The translations under genes and the position numbers were made by a program. A stretch of DNA of 64,000 bases from positions 225,620,001-225,684,000 of the forward strand of contig NC_058368.1 of NCBI RefSeq assembly GCF_018350175.1, in the 5' to 3' direction. This DNA comes from Felis catus. Taxonomy: Eukaryota. Shown here one piece after another: positions 13,230 through 25,455 of this stretch (its first letter is position 1; every line of letters begins with the position of its first letter). The notes below the pieces were generated by a model. It worked only from the letters and a program-made list of their open reading frames with translations. It was not told the origin of the DNA and did no database searches.

Positions 13230-13435
13230 TTTATTTTTTTATGTTTATTATTGAGAGAGGGAGAGAGAGAAAGAGTGTGAGTGGGGGAGGGACAGAGTGA
13301 GAGGGACACACAGAATCCAAAGCAGGCTCTGAGCTGTTAGCACAGAGCCCCAGGTGGGGCTCAAACCCACAAACTACAAGATCATGACCTGAGCTGAAGT
13401 TGGACGCTTAACCTACTGAGCCCCCCAGGCGCCCC
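13230..13435 (-). mobile_element. Can-SINE
   Basis: Reverse head and tail; TSD tgaatttttatttt / tgcatttttatttt. Confidence 0.92.
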
Positions 13436-13540
13436 TGCATTTTTATTTTAAATGTGCACTTGCCAAACACCTGATTTGTGCCTTATAAGATTTTAGAACC
13501 AATAAGGACTTCACAGATTCTATTACTTAGAATTTAGTCC

Positions 13541-13918
13541 CGGGGTCAGCACACGACAGCCAGATGCCCATAACCTGTGGCCTGTTTTTGTTTTAGCATT
13601 CATACCCTTTTTTCCGGTGTCGTAAAATATACATAACGTTTGTAACTTTAAACGTTTTTTTTTCAGCGTGCAGCTTAGTGGTGTTAAGTGCATTCATGTT
13701 GTGCAACCATCACCACCATCCATCTTCAGAACATTTTCATCTTCCTGCAGCCTGTTTTGTAAATAAAGTTTTATTGGAACACAGACACGCTCATTTGTTT
13801 CTCTATTGCTGATAACTGCTTTCAAACTGCAGTGGCAGAACTGAGTGCTTGCAACAGAGACCGCAGGCCCCTAAAAGATCTATTACCTGGTTCTTGACAG
13901 AAAGTTTTCCACCTCCTG
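13541..13918 (+). mobile_element. MER58A-like transposon split by an L1 3'-end fragment
   Basis: gcctgttttgtaaataaagttttattggaacacag core; L1-like insert at about 13592-13749 flanked by duplicated gcctgttt(t)tgt. Confidence 0.7.
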
Positions 13919-14389
13919 ACTGGTCTGACCCCATTTTACAGGTGGAGAAGACGCAAAGAAGTTACTGATAAATGAGTTGCTCCGGGACAGACAACAGATG
14001 GGTGAAATGCCCAGGACTGGGACTTTTTCAGTGGCCGAAATTTAAGTGGGGGGTCTTCTCCTGCGCCATCCCTGGCTTATGTACATAAGCCCAAGTTAAT
14101 TTGTGCGAGATCAGACCGTAGTGACTCCCTGAGCTCCAGTATCCTGCACCTGCACGAGCTGTAAGATCTCTCGTTCAAAATGATGAGGGTCATAAACCCA
14201 TTTCAGCAGGGGCTTTGGAAAGCTGGCTCTTCTGTAAATAAACCTAGTCACTGTGGGTCCCGTTGCTTTCAGATTTGTCCCGCAGTTGAATATTTAGACA
14301 ATCGGTGAGGAATGCTCTTGCGGTTTTTAGACCTACCCTAATTAACACTTGCTGCGGTCCTCGCGTCTTCTTTTTAAATTTTTTTTATG

Positions 14390-14612
14390 GGGGCGCCTGG
14401 GTGGCTCAGTTGGTTAAGTGTCCGACTTTGGCTCAGGTTATGATCTCGCGGTTCGTGAGTTCAAGCCCCGCATCGGGCTCTGTGCTGACAGCTCAGAGCC
14501 TGGAGCCTGCTTCGGATTCTGTGTCTCCCTCTCTCTCTGCCCCTTCCCGGTTCATGCTCTGTCTCTCTCTGTCTAGAAAATAAAACATTTAAACAAAAAA
14601 AAATAAAAAAAA
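14390..14612 (+). mobile_element. Can-SINE
   Basis: Full element; TSD aaattttttttatgg. Confidence 0.95.
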
Positions 14613-14815
14613 AATTTTTTTTTTATGGAGTATAATGACGTACCATGTCCCGTTAGTTGCGTATATCACAGTGATTAGGTTTTCTGCGCGTGATGAGATG
14701 TTCCCCACGGTAAGTGTCCTTACCGGCTGTCACCGTGCGGTAATATTGCGATATTACCGACATTGAGTGGGTGTGCCGAAATTGACATCTCGTGACTTGT
14801 TTATTTGATAACGAA
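14613..14815 (-). mobile_element. Old L1 3'-end remnant (L1MA9 / L1_Carn-like)
   Basis: tatggagtataatgacgtac...ctgtcaccgt...cgtgacttgtttatttgataac resembles a reversed L1 3'UTR. Confidence 0.6.
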
Positions 14816-14837
14816 GCTGTCCTCACTTCTATCACAG

Positions 14838-14962
14838 CCCCATCATGGAAGCTTTCGGCAACGCGAAGACCGTGTACAACAACAACTCCAGTCGCTTTGG
14901 GAAGTTTGTTCAGCTGAACATCTGCCAGAAGGGGAATATTCAGGGCGGGAGAATTGTCGATT
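14838..14962 (+). CDS. MYO10: MYO10 exon 6 (switch I), 125 nt
   Basis: atcacag|c...gtcgatt|gtatcctg; [41 protein letters not shown]. Confidence 0.97.
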
Positions 14963-15190
14963 GTATCCTGTTTCTTGTGGTTCTTGTTTTGAGTATTTGA
15001 CTCTGTAAAAGGACGAACTGTTCTTGGTTACCACAAGGGCAGTTAAAGAATGTGACACATTCCAGGTTTTGCTCTACTTTTACTCTGTCGGACCTATTAA
15101 TTATTCCAGGAGAACCATCTTTCTTTCGGAAACTTCGATACTGTCTGTAATCAGGAAAATTGGAATCCTTATCAAGCGTCAGGTTTTTTT

Positions 15191-15399
15191 TTTTTTCAAC
15201 GTTTATTTATTTTTGGGACAGAGAGAGACCGAGCATGAACGGGGGAGGGGCAGAGAGAGAGGGAGACACAGAATCGGAAACAGGCTCCAGGCTCTGAGCC
15301 ATCAGCCCAGAGCCCGACGCGGGGCTCGAACTCACGGACCGCGAGATCGTGACCTGGCTGAAGTCGGTCGCTCAACCGACTGCGCCACCCAGGCGCCCC
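15191..15399 (-). mobile_element. Young felid SINEC_Fc inside the U12 intron
   Basis: CpG-rich, close to consensus; TSD aggttttttt. Confidence 0.95.
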
Positions 15400-15553
15400 A
15401 GGTTTTTTTGTTTGGAATGAATTCTGTCAAATAGTGTGGCACCTCCGAGGAGGTCATGTGTCCTGTTTGAATTGGATTTAGGTGAAATAGCCTATGCTTT
15501 GTTGGCTTGTCTCTTGGCACTGGAGGTCTCTGTGTCAAAGAGCAGGGATTTGT

Positions 15554-15785
15554 TTTTATTTTATTTTATTTTTTTAATGTTTATTTTTGAGAGAGAGGGA
15601 GAGGGAGAGACAGAGTGCAAGTGGGGGAGGGACAGAGAGAGAGGGAGACCCAGAATCTGAAGCAGGCTCCAGGCTCTGAGCCGTCAGCACAGACAGAGCC
15701 CGACGCGGGGCTTGAACTGACAAACCTCGAGACCATGACCTGAGCGGAAGTCGGACGCTTGACCGGCTGAGCCACCTAGGTGCCC
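15554..15785 (-). mobile_element. Can-SINE inside the U12 intron
   Basis: TSD aaagagcagggatttgt / aaagggcagggatttgt. Confidence 0.95.
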
Positions 15786-15898
15786 AAAGGGCAGGGATTT
15801 GTCATTATTTGGGCCACAAAGTCTAGAAAATTGAAGGGTAATTGAGCATGTGATCTCCTTGTTTTGTTCCTTGACTTGCCATTGCTTTTCGCATGAAG

Positions 15899-15912
15899 AT
15901 TTATTAGAAAAA
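15899..15912 (+). CDS. MYO10: MYO10 exon 7, 14-nt micro-exon (YLLEK)
   Basis: gaag|at tta tta gaa aaa|gtaagt; supplies the conserved myosin YLLEK motif and is needed to keep frame between exons 6 and 8. Confidence 0.95.
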
Positions 15913-16029
15913 GTAAGTAAACGTTTAATTCACATTTTCTTCTGTAGTAATTGATCTTTGGAAATTACTGGTTTGTGCTCACTAAACAGAGGAAACCTCT
16001 CTGAGTCGAAATCTGATTTCTCTCCACAG

Positions 16030-16114
16030 AACCGAGTAGTAAGGCAAAACCCCGGGGAAAGGAATTATCACATATTCTATGCACTGCTGGCAGGGCTAGA
16101 ACATGAACAGAGAG
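16030..16114 (+). CDS. MYO10: MYO10 exon 8, 85 nt
   Basis: ccacag|aac...agag|gtgagt; NRVVRQNPGERNYHIFYALLAGLEHEQR. Confidence 0.97.
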
Positions 16115-16708
16115 GTGAGTGGTGGGAGACCGGCGGGGAAACACGGACTAGCAACTTGTCTTCCCTTGAAAAGCCGTCGGTAAATGCAAAAACTCTCTTT
16201 GGGCTTTGTTGGTGTTCCATCGATTGAAACAAAACGTGGGAGAGACGGGCCAAAAGATGCTGAGTCCATTTTAGAGCCAAATAACGTAGGGGGGAAATCA
16301 TCAAAAGGGAAGTCTTAAATGTCTTGTTTGTTTTTGGAATCTTGAGACTTTTCCGACTTGTACAATATTGATGAGAAACTATATAACACCTCGTAACTGG
16401 TTTACTCTTAAACCACACTCAAATAAAGCTAATTTCTAAACATTTGGTTTTTAAGAGAGAACAGCCAAGACAGGGTCCTCATCAGTTATTTTTTAAATAA
16501 CATTTTCTATCATGCCATCTAATTTAATGAAATTATTTTTGCTTTCTCTAGGTGATGATTCAGAGTTCTGTATTTTAATAGGGGGCTGTTAGCATAGAAT
16601 TATTTATGTATTTTATCTTTTGAAGTTACAAAGTGAAAACTCTCTTGGACTCTGTCTTATCCTGGCCAGTCAAGTACTGATACTCCATTTTTCGTTGTCT
16701 TTTTGCAG

Positions 16709-16812
16709 AAGAATTTTATTTATCTGTGCCAGAAAACTACCACTACTTGAGTCAGTCTGGATGTGTAGAAGACAAGACAATCAGTGACCAGGAATCCTTT
16801 AGGGAAGTGATT
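16709..16812 (+). CDS. MYO10: MYO10 exon 9, 104 nt
   Basis: ttttgcag|aa...gtgatt|gtaagt; EEFYLSVPENYHYLSQSGCVEDKTISDQESFREVI. Confidence 0.97.
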
Positions 16813-18649
16813 GTAAGTTACGTTGTTCTTTTGCCTTCTTAAGAGCGACAGCCCCCTAGAAAAATAAGTGACACGTTTCATTTTCTGTTTCAAACAATAT
16901 TTTGTTCATGAAGTAATTACATTTGCACCGCTGTGCGAGAACAGGTGCTAGCTTCTTGTTCCCACTCATGATAAAGACTGTTCCAGACTGGAAGAGAATC
17001 CTCTTTCTTTAGAAGTTGGATGAATGTCTGTGACATTCAGGACAGATGGGAGGTTGACTTGGAACAGTCCACTAAAAATAAAAAAATCATAGGCTTGACA
17101 TTGGATCATGCCAAGCTTTCTTTTTTGAGCTTACAAATATATATATAATATATCATATTAAATATGTATATATTATATGTGTGTGTGTATTTTTGTAATA
17201 ACCATTTCCATGGCTAAAAACAAATCTGTCAACCATTAGACCAAGTAACTGTTAGGATCTTGTTTGTTTCTCTGCAAGAATAGTCACCTTACAACTCTGA
17301 GGTGTGGATAAGTAAGCATCTTGTAGTTTTCTGATATCACAAGGACTTGTTATACGGTGACAACATTCAGGAAGCCTGGTTGTGGAGCTTTATTAACAGC
17401 CCCACCTGATTGAGAGTGGCCGGTCGGTTTTGCTGATGTGGTTCTTCCAGAAATGCCAGAGTCACTGCTGTAGTAGCTGGAGACAGCGGATCGAGGGTGG
17501 AGTCACCATTGTCAGTGCAGCTGACATGGAGCACTTACCGTACGGACTTCCCCGGCCATCTCTCTCATTGCTCTGAACCCTGAGGGTAGGAATCCCGGCT
17601 GTCTGCACCCTGCGACCCGGGGAGGTTGGTGACCAGCCTAACCACACACGGTACCTAATAGAGCTGGTGTGGAAAGTTTAACTCCAAAGACTCTAAACCA
17701 CAAGGCAGGTCGGTGGTACCTGCTTTTGTCTGTCAGGTTCTTATCTTTACAGCTGTCAACGCTTCTCTCTTGACTATCCCCATTTGCTCTTCTAGATTCG
17801 TCATAAAAATGCCTTGTGGAATGAAACCAGGGTATTTTTTTAAGTGAATGCATCTCATAACATCATTTTTTCATGTCTTAAGTTGAAAATGAAATTAAAA
17901 GCAGGATTGGCTCAAATATCAGGATCATCTTCCCTCTGTGGGTCTTTTATCTGTCATTTGTAATGCAGGGGGCGGGGGGCTTGGACTTCTTTTGCCCACT
18001 CTCCTCTCTTGAACCTGTTAACAAAAAAAGCCCCCTGCCGAGGGTGCCTTTTTGCTGCGTAGGCTGGACAGCAGGGGATTTGGCCCTGTGAATTGGATTT
18101 TCCAAAATGTGTTTTAAGTATTTTAAGTTTTCTTTCCCAGTTTCATTTGGCCCCTGGATTTGTCACTACTCAGACTTCATCCCGTTTCAGTTCGTTTATT
18201 ATGGTCTTTACTGTGTGTTCGAATAAATATAAAAACTCATTTTTGGTGAAGAAAGACTTCTCTTGGGATTTTTTTTTTTTCCGGTTTTCTTCTTCTTTCT
18301 TGAAGCTGGAGAACCATGCTTTGTGATAAAAGGACGTTGTGGCAGAAGACAGATAATTATCCAAGAATGGCAGGTCTTGTACTGATTAGCTCGCTGGCCA
18401 CTAGGGTGCACTGGGCATCAGTCCTCTCCTTGTTCTGGAAGTGCCCCTGAGAAGTTACTCCCTTGGCTTTCCTCTGCTTTCCTCTGGGGGCTTCGTTTTC
18501 TGATTGAGAATCGTTTGTTCTTTTTGTTAACTACTGGTAAACTTCTGAGGCTTGCCCTGCCTTCGGTGATTGCTGGCTCCTATTCTTTATTTGAAAGAGT
18601 AGGTTTTGGCCTTTAAAATCTGATCTTACGATGGAAAGATCATCTAGAA

Positions 18650-19250
18650 AGGAAGAACAATTTGTACGTGAAATTGACAGAGAGGTACGCAACAAGCTTA
18701 CAAGTATTCCGTTTATGTGTTTACAAGTATTCAGTTTTATATATTTACGTTGTGATTACTTTTTAGTGTCAACCTACCAGAAATGTAAATGAAAACTTAG
18801 CTGCTAGTAAGTAAAATCAGGAACATGTAATTTTTACTATTATTTAACCTTCTGGAAGTTCTAAGCAACGCAGCCAGAAAAGAAAAACGATGCGCACCTT
18901 TTCAGAAAGGAGGAAAAATTCTCTTTTCTATAGCTAAACCTGCAAGAATCGCAAATTGGGGAATGGCTTAAATAATTTGTTATATTGGTAAAATAAGATC
19001 CATTACAGCAAGCAAAACACGTTCAAGTATATTCAATTACATGGAAAATTTATTTTAAACTTGAGAAAGATAAGCTGCAACACTAGATAATCCTTTTATT
19101 TAAAAAAACATTTTATGTATAATTTGATATACGATAATTCATGTAGTAATTACGTGTGCAGAAAGAAGGCTGAGACAAAAATGGACAAAAAATGTTCTCT
19201 CGTGAGGCAGAATTCTACAATCTTATTTTATCATTCTGTGTTATATTTTT
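18650..19250 (+). mobile_element. Ancient L1 (L1M/L1ME) fragments
   Basis: ctggaagttctaagcaacgcagccagaaaagaaaaa and ggggaatggcttaaataatttg resemble L1 ORF2 and 3' segments. Confidence 0.55.
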
Positions 19251-19433
19251 ACAGTAAATAGGCTGCCTTTCATGATTACCTAGTTATGATTATATTCCTA
19301 GAATCGTCATTTCTGTAATATGGGAATATAATCGTAAGTATCCTATCAATGCCAGCCAGCCCACTGTTCTGCCTTAGGCAGCACTCTGTAACCAGGAGTG
19401 ACACAGGAATGGTTAAAAACTCCCCCAGGCATG

Positions 19434-19438
<5 letters not shown>

Positions 19439-19473
<35 letters not shown>
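19439..19473. repeat. (CT)n microsatellite
   Basis: Read directly from the sequence. Confidence 0.95.
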
Positions 19474-19476
<3 letters not shown>

Positions 19477-20376
19477 ACAAATTTTTTTTAAATAAATAAA
19501 TTGGTATCTTCATATTTCAATTTCATGAAGCTTTTTTCCCAGAGGTTTTTGGACCAAAGGAAGGAAAGGAACCACATTCCGTTAAGCCTGAAGGACATTT
19601 GTTTGCATAATATGTTGAAATGTTCATGGAGAGAAATTGTTTCTGTGAATTCTGTATGAAAATGTCATTTCTGGTGTTCATTCTTAGCTACTAAAAAAAA
19701 AAATGATCCATCAACTTTAATGTCTGTATTAAAGTTGGCAATAGGACCTTTTAAGAATTTTCTTTATTTTACTGAGAACTTGCTTTATGTATTTTTAGAG
19801 TTTATCATTGCCACCACTTGGCATGAATATAAATGAGTGCCTGTAAAGTATCATGGGAGCTATAGGGGACCTGTTTGTTTTTTCCCCCCCGGGGCAGACT
19901 CTGTGTTTCATAACCATTTGTTTATGCAGCCTTTCAAGTTGCCCTAGAAATTGCTTAGATGCAAGCCATTTCAAGTCAATGAGAGCAACTGATTTATTGT
20001 ATTGCCTGCATTTGACCCACCAGAATGGGGGCGGATGAAATGTGTGAGAAATAACAGGAGTCTTTGGGTGATAATCTTTTCAGATTCTCTTATGCCACAA
20101 ATGTTGAATATTTTTAGAGTGCTTGGCTGCGGACCAGGACTGGACCCAGCCTTACTGGCTATATCCATGGGTTTTTAGTTGTTTTGAGCCCATGTATATA
20201 TATACATAAATTCATTCCACATGAGTCCAATTTTATTAAGGCGGACTTTATACCTCAATTTTGCCAAATGTGAAAACTTCAGTCTCTTTCAGTGGTAGAG
20301 AACTTGGGAGCATAAGCAAATTTATATTATAAAATAACATAATATTGCCTCATAGAGCGTTACATGATAAATTATG

Positions 20377-20488
20377 ATTTTTTTAAGATTTCATTTTTAA
20401 GTAATCTCTGCATCCAACGTGGGGCTTGAACTTACAACCCCAAGATCAAGAGTCACATGCTCTACTGACTGAGCCAGTCAGGCTCCCC
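20377..20488 (-). mobile_element. Short Can-SINE variant
   Basis: taagtaatctct...ctgagccagtcaggctcccc; TSD atgataaattat. Confidence 0.9.
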
Positions 20489-20988
20489 ATGATAAATTAT
20501 TATCAGATTGCTTATTTGGAACTTACTATGGCCAGAATAGCCTCCACTTCCACCATTCCAGGGGCACCATTTGTTCAAGATTCATCCGTGGCCCCTTTGC
20601 CTTCTGGAATGGCGTCTCCGCACCTCACAGCCAACTGCCTGAGACCCGGAGTGGGTATACCTTTTGGCATCTGAAATTTGCCCCTCTTTTCTATTCATTT
20701 CCAGGGTGATGAGCCTGGCTTCCTTTGTCTCTTCATGGTTGGGACCAGATCACATATTTGTCATCCCCCCCACCCCCAACCCCCAGTTTCCCAAACACCT
20801 GTTTTTCTCTGTGCCTAATAAGGACGTTACTGAAAATATTCTGTGTAATTTTTTGCCAGTTTCGTAACTAAATTGCTGTTCAGTGCTTCTGAACTATCCT
20901 GAGAATTTCCCGGCATGGTTTTTTGAGTCTTGAGCCCTACTGCTGAGAAAATAAGATCATTATAATAAGCTTTAAAGCGGCTACTCTT

Positions 20989-21284
<296 letters not shown>

Positions 21285-23376
21285 AAAGTGGCTCCTCTTG
21301 CCAAAGGGGTGGAGATGGTGACTAAAAAGATTTTAAACAAGACAATAGGACACAAGTAAAGGGTCTTGCCAGTAATTTTAGCATACATGTCCACATTACT
21401 GGTAATTGGTTGCACCCATTAAATTACCCCATAGTATGATTAATATAATTATTCCTTATCACCATGCTCCTGACTCACTTAGGGTTAGATTGCAAGTAGT
21501 CAAATTTATTAATACCGTAAGCACATTTGATTCATTTGCTTTCATGTCTCCATGTATAACTTCTGTATGTATTTTAAGAACTTAGAGAATTTTTTCATGG
21601 GGCATCTCTCAATATTTTTCATTTGATAGCTTGACATTTTGTGCTACTGCAAACTTAGTATTTTTAAAGTCTTACTTCCTCTTAGTGTTATATAGACTCC
21701 AAGTAGTTGATTTAAACAGTGAAGACTTACATTTCCATATCGTTCTATGATCTAAGAATTTTTATAAGTTAGTGTTGAATAGGTCTTATTAATATAGGAG
21801 GATAACTTTAACCATGAAGATGGAAAATACTAACTTTAGCACAGTGGAGGTGCTTTGTAATTATTTTGCTGTTTAGTTTGGTTCTTACCACCGTTTCAAG
21901 AGGCTTGAGAATAAGAAATTATTTGTATTCTTTAACTGTCATTCCTTTAACTTTTAGGATAAGTGAACTTGAATAATTTTCCGTATGTTTCTTTTTAATT
22001 GATAAGCACTTGACTAATCGTTTTTATTCTTTGTGTCAATTTCTGTTTGCACCCATGAAATGAGTCTTCTCACCCCTGAGTAAATAGTTTCTCTTAACGT
22101 GTTAAGATTACACCATGGGGGTTATTTTACAGAACTTCTTTTCTATTGAGATTTTCTTTGTAGTAAATTTCCAGCATTGAAGTTATGGAAGATAACGCAG
22201 GAGATTGCGTTTTCTTTTTATGTCGTTAGAAAGTAATAGCATCTGGCTGGATAATAAGTTCATGGACTCTGTGTTCGTGGGGCCCGATTTTGAATCTTGG
22301 CTGGGTAGCCCTGTGAGAGTTACTTAACCTCTGTGAACACTCGACAGTTATCCACATTTGTGGCCAACACAGTGCTACCATAGAGTCTCATTTTCCCAAA
22401 AGATTATATTAACTTGTGTACTGGTGATCAGTGCATAAATGTCCCAGTTTCACCAGTTTTAGGTTTAACATCCACAAGTTTTTGGCTAATTTAATAGAAG
22501 TTATTATCCTGCATTTGCTCCAATAAGAAATGCCTGTTGCGTTGGTTTGCTCATGTGTCTTTTATTACAGCTTAAGCGATGGCTCCTTCCCTTATAATTT
22601 TTAAATTTTCCTGCCTATTGTTGTTGCCCTTTGTTTTCCCTTTATTGTCGTCTCCTTAAAAAGAAGTTAAACTTCTCACATTTTTAAATCCCTGGTTGTT
22701 TCCTTGTCTAATTTCTGTTGCTTCAAAATGGCGCGTGGTTTCCTTCCTGGTCTCCCAAAGTGATTGTCGTTGTCGTAGTTATTACGTTGTGGGTCTGACG
22801 TAACCCCTGGTGGGTTATTTTCGTCAGTGTGGCCAACAGTTCTGTCCTCAGTTGGGGGCGAGGGGTGGTTTCTTCTTGACAAGCATGTGGCTTCTACATC
22901 ACACTAGAAAATGAGCACATCTTGGGTGGGATTCAGAAGACGCCTGGCTTCCGCTGTCAGGATACTTGTATTTGGGGACAGACCTCGTCTCCTGTAGTCG
23001 CTGGTGTGTTTTTCTCCATTCATCTGTTCCATGGGGATCTATTATAAAAGGAGCAGAGACTCTCCCGTCTACAGAGTTCCTAAGAAAGAATGTTATTCCC
23101 CCGATTTGGGTCCCTGCTGCATTTAACCGTCAAGGGAAGCCTCCAAAGTTTATGCTGGAGCAGCCCCATGAAGTCTCCCCCTCACCCCACCAGTTCATGT
23201 GGAAGAAAATAAATGTTCCATTATGCTTCAGTATCTACAGAAAAAGCATTTCCTTATCACCGTCATTACTGTGACTCTCTGAGGTGATTCTGCTGTGACA
23301 TAACTGGGAAGCCTCTCCGTAAGGTGTCTCATTTTTCCCCATTGGTGGGGTGAGCGCTCCACATTCTACAGTTCTT

Positions 23377-23611
23377 TTTTCTTAATGTTTTTTTAATTTC
23401 AATGTCTGTTTAACGTTTAAATATTTAGTTAGAAAGCGTGAGCAGGGGAGGGGCAGAGAGAGAGAGAGAGAAGAGAGGGAGAGTCCCAGGCAGGCTCTGC
23501 GTGGCCGTTGCAGAGCCCGACGTGGGGCCATGTCGCTCGCACTGTGAGATCGTGTCCTGAGCCGAAATCAAGAACCGGGCGCCCAGCCCACTGAGCCACG
23601 CCAGGTGCCCC
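23377..23611 (-). mobile_element. Can-SINE (older)
   Basis: Reverse head; TSD tacagttctt / tgcagttctt. Confidence 0.9.
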
Positions 23612-23815
23612 TGCAGTTCTTCCCTAACATCACGTTATTTTCTGTGCGGCTCTGCAAGGTCTTTATCCCTTGAAATTGAGGGCCCGTGAGTCTGTCTCCT
23701 GTTTTCTTGCCTGTAGAGCAATACCTGACACTTTGATTGAGCGGGGGAGGTTTTCGTTTTCTTTAGCGTGGGGAAAACACCCGCAAAAAAATTGAACACA
23801 GTTACTGTCTTTCAG

Positions 23816-23945
23816 ACGGCAATGGAAGTCATGCAGTTCAGCAAGGAAGAAGTTCGGGAAATTTTGAGGTTGCTTGCTGGTGTATTACATCTTGGGAACA
23901 TAGAATTTATCACGGCTGGTGGGGCCCAGGTGTCCTTCAAAACGG
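23816..23945 (+). CDS. MYO10: MYO10 exon 10, 130 nt
   Basis: tttcag|acg...acgg|gtaaga; TAMEVMQFSKEEVREILRLLAGVLHLGNIEFITAGGAQVSFKT. Confidence 0.97.
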
Positions 23946-24609
23946 GTAAGATGACCCCTGCCTTCCTCCCTTCCTCCCTTCCTCCCTTCCTTGGCTTTTT
24001 CCTCCTAGGGAACTTGGACCTAAAGTATTTACTAATCCGCCCTTTTGCAGAAAGGGCTTTCTGAGCCCGGGAGAGAGAACTTTGTATTTGATGCGAATGA
24101 TCAGCCGAGAAAGGGTCCAAGCATCTAAGAAGGGATTGCTGGGTGGCATGGTGGCTGTGTTCTCATTCTTACCAAGAAAAGAGGAAAATGGACCCGGTAA
24201 AGAAATGAGCAACCGGGATGGTTGTAGGATAAGTGTTACGGGTCAGGGGCGTAGTGTCGCTGTAGTTTTTCGTAGTTCTCCAGTGGTGACGCAGTGTAAT
24301 GGTGAACCCTGTTTTCAAGCCTGACCGCTTGGCTCAGGGTCCAGCTCTGCCACAGGCCGGTTCCTTGGGTTATAACGTGTCCCCTCAACACCACTGACTT
24401 CTGGTCTATAAAGCGCGGCCGTGTTGTCAAGATTAAACGAGCGAATATGCACATTGCCACGTCAATAGTCACTTTCCAGAAGTAGTTGATGTGTTTACTC
24501 TTGAGAGTTTCCTGATGGAAGCCACGTGTGAGGGCACAAGGGCTTGGGGGGGGGGGGGCAGATGAGTTAAAGTTTGAAGTGGCCTTAGATGAGGCCAGAG
24601 CTGTAGGTC

Positions 24610-25110
24610 AGCAGTTCTCACGCGTTTGGTCCCAGAGCGTCTCAATCATCTTCAAACCATAGAGGACTCCCCGGGGCTTTTTCCTTTATGTGGGTCATGT
24701 CTGTTCATGTTATCGCATTAGAAATAAAAACTGAGATGTTTTTGAAAATTAATTGTGCAATCACCATCAGAAGCCCCTTGCGTATTGAAATAAATAGTGT
24801 GTTTTTATTCAAAAGACTATCTTCCCAAACAGAAGAAAATCCGCGAGAAGGGCAACATTGGCTTACATTTTTGCACCTTTTGAAAATATCAGAGGTCGGG
24901 GAGGACAGCTGGGTTCTCTTACCTGCTGCAGTCACTTTGGTGAGCTCCCTTATGTCGTGTAGCCATTGGAAACTCCTCTGTATTGCGGTGATGGAATGAG
25001 AGTTAAAAGAAACAGCAAGCGACCTCTTTGGATCACTGAAAAGAGTTAGGACCTTGCAAACCTTTATGGCGGGGTCTTGGACCCGGGGTCTCAGGACCAC
25101 ACTTGGTCCG
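24610..25110 (+). mobile_element. MER119 / Charlie1-like hAT transposon
   Basis: cagcagttctca...gaggactccc...tttatgtgggt...ttagaaataaaaactgaga...gacagctgggttctc matches the recalled consensus. Confidence 0.65.
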
Positions 25111-25336
25111 GGCGTCAGGCCACTAGCCTAAGACTCATCAAGGGAGTGATTAAACGAGCGAAGAAATGTGCGTTCTCTAGATTCTACCCACGGGATTTAG
25201 GAATGTTCTCTGGCCTCACGTGTCGCAGTGTGGAGTTAGCTCTGAACCCATGTCTCTGCGTGGGGCTCCCTTTGGGGTCCCGTGGCCCGTTCCTTCTTGG
25301 GTCAGTCACTTTTGCCTTGTTTGCCTTCATTTCCAG

Positions 25337-25455
25337 CCTTGGGCAGGTCTGCAGAGTTACTGGGGTTGGACTCAGCACAGCTCACGGATGCTCTGACGCA
25401 GAGGTCCATGTTCCTCAGGGGGGAGGAGATCCTTACGCCCCTCACCGTTCAACAG
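25337..25455 (+). CDS. MYO10: MYO10 exon 11, 119 nt (acidic TEDS-site residue)
   Basis: ttccag|cc...caacag|gtacac; ALGRSAELLGLDSAQLTDALTQRSMFLRGEEILTPLTVQQ; Glu sits 16 residues before the DSLAM motif. Confidence 0.97.

Larger units (their letters stand above)
14963..15898 (+). other. MYO10: U12-type (minor spliceosome) GT-AG intron 6
   Basis: 5' splice site GTATCCTG; branch site TTCCTTGAC at 15867-15875; AAG acceptor is the first AG after the branch site. Confidence 0.88.

Noticed and set aside
18022..18056. A-tract / GC hairpin / T-tract resembling an intrinsic terminator
   Set aside because: The stem is imperfect and such terminators have no role in a Pol II intron.
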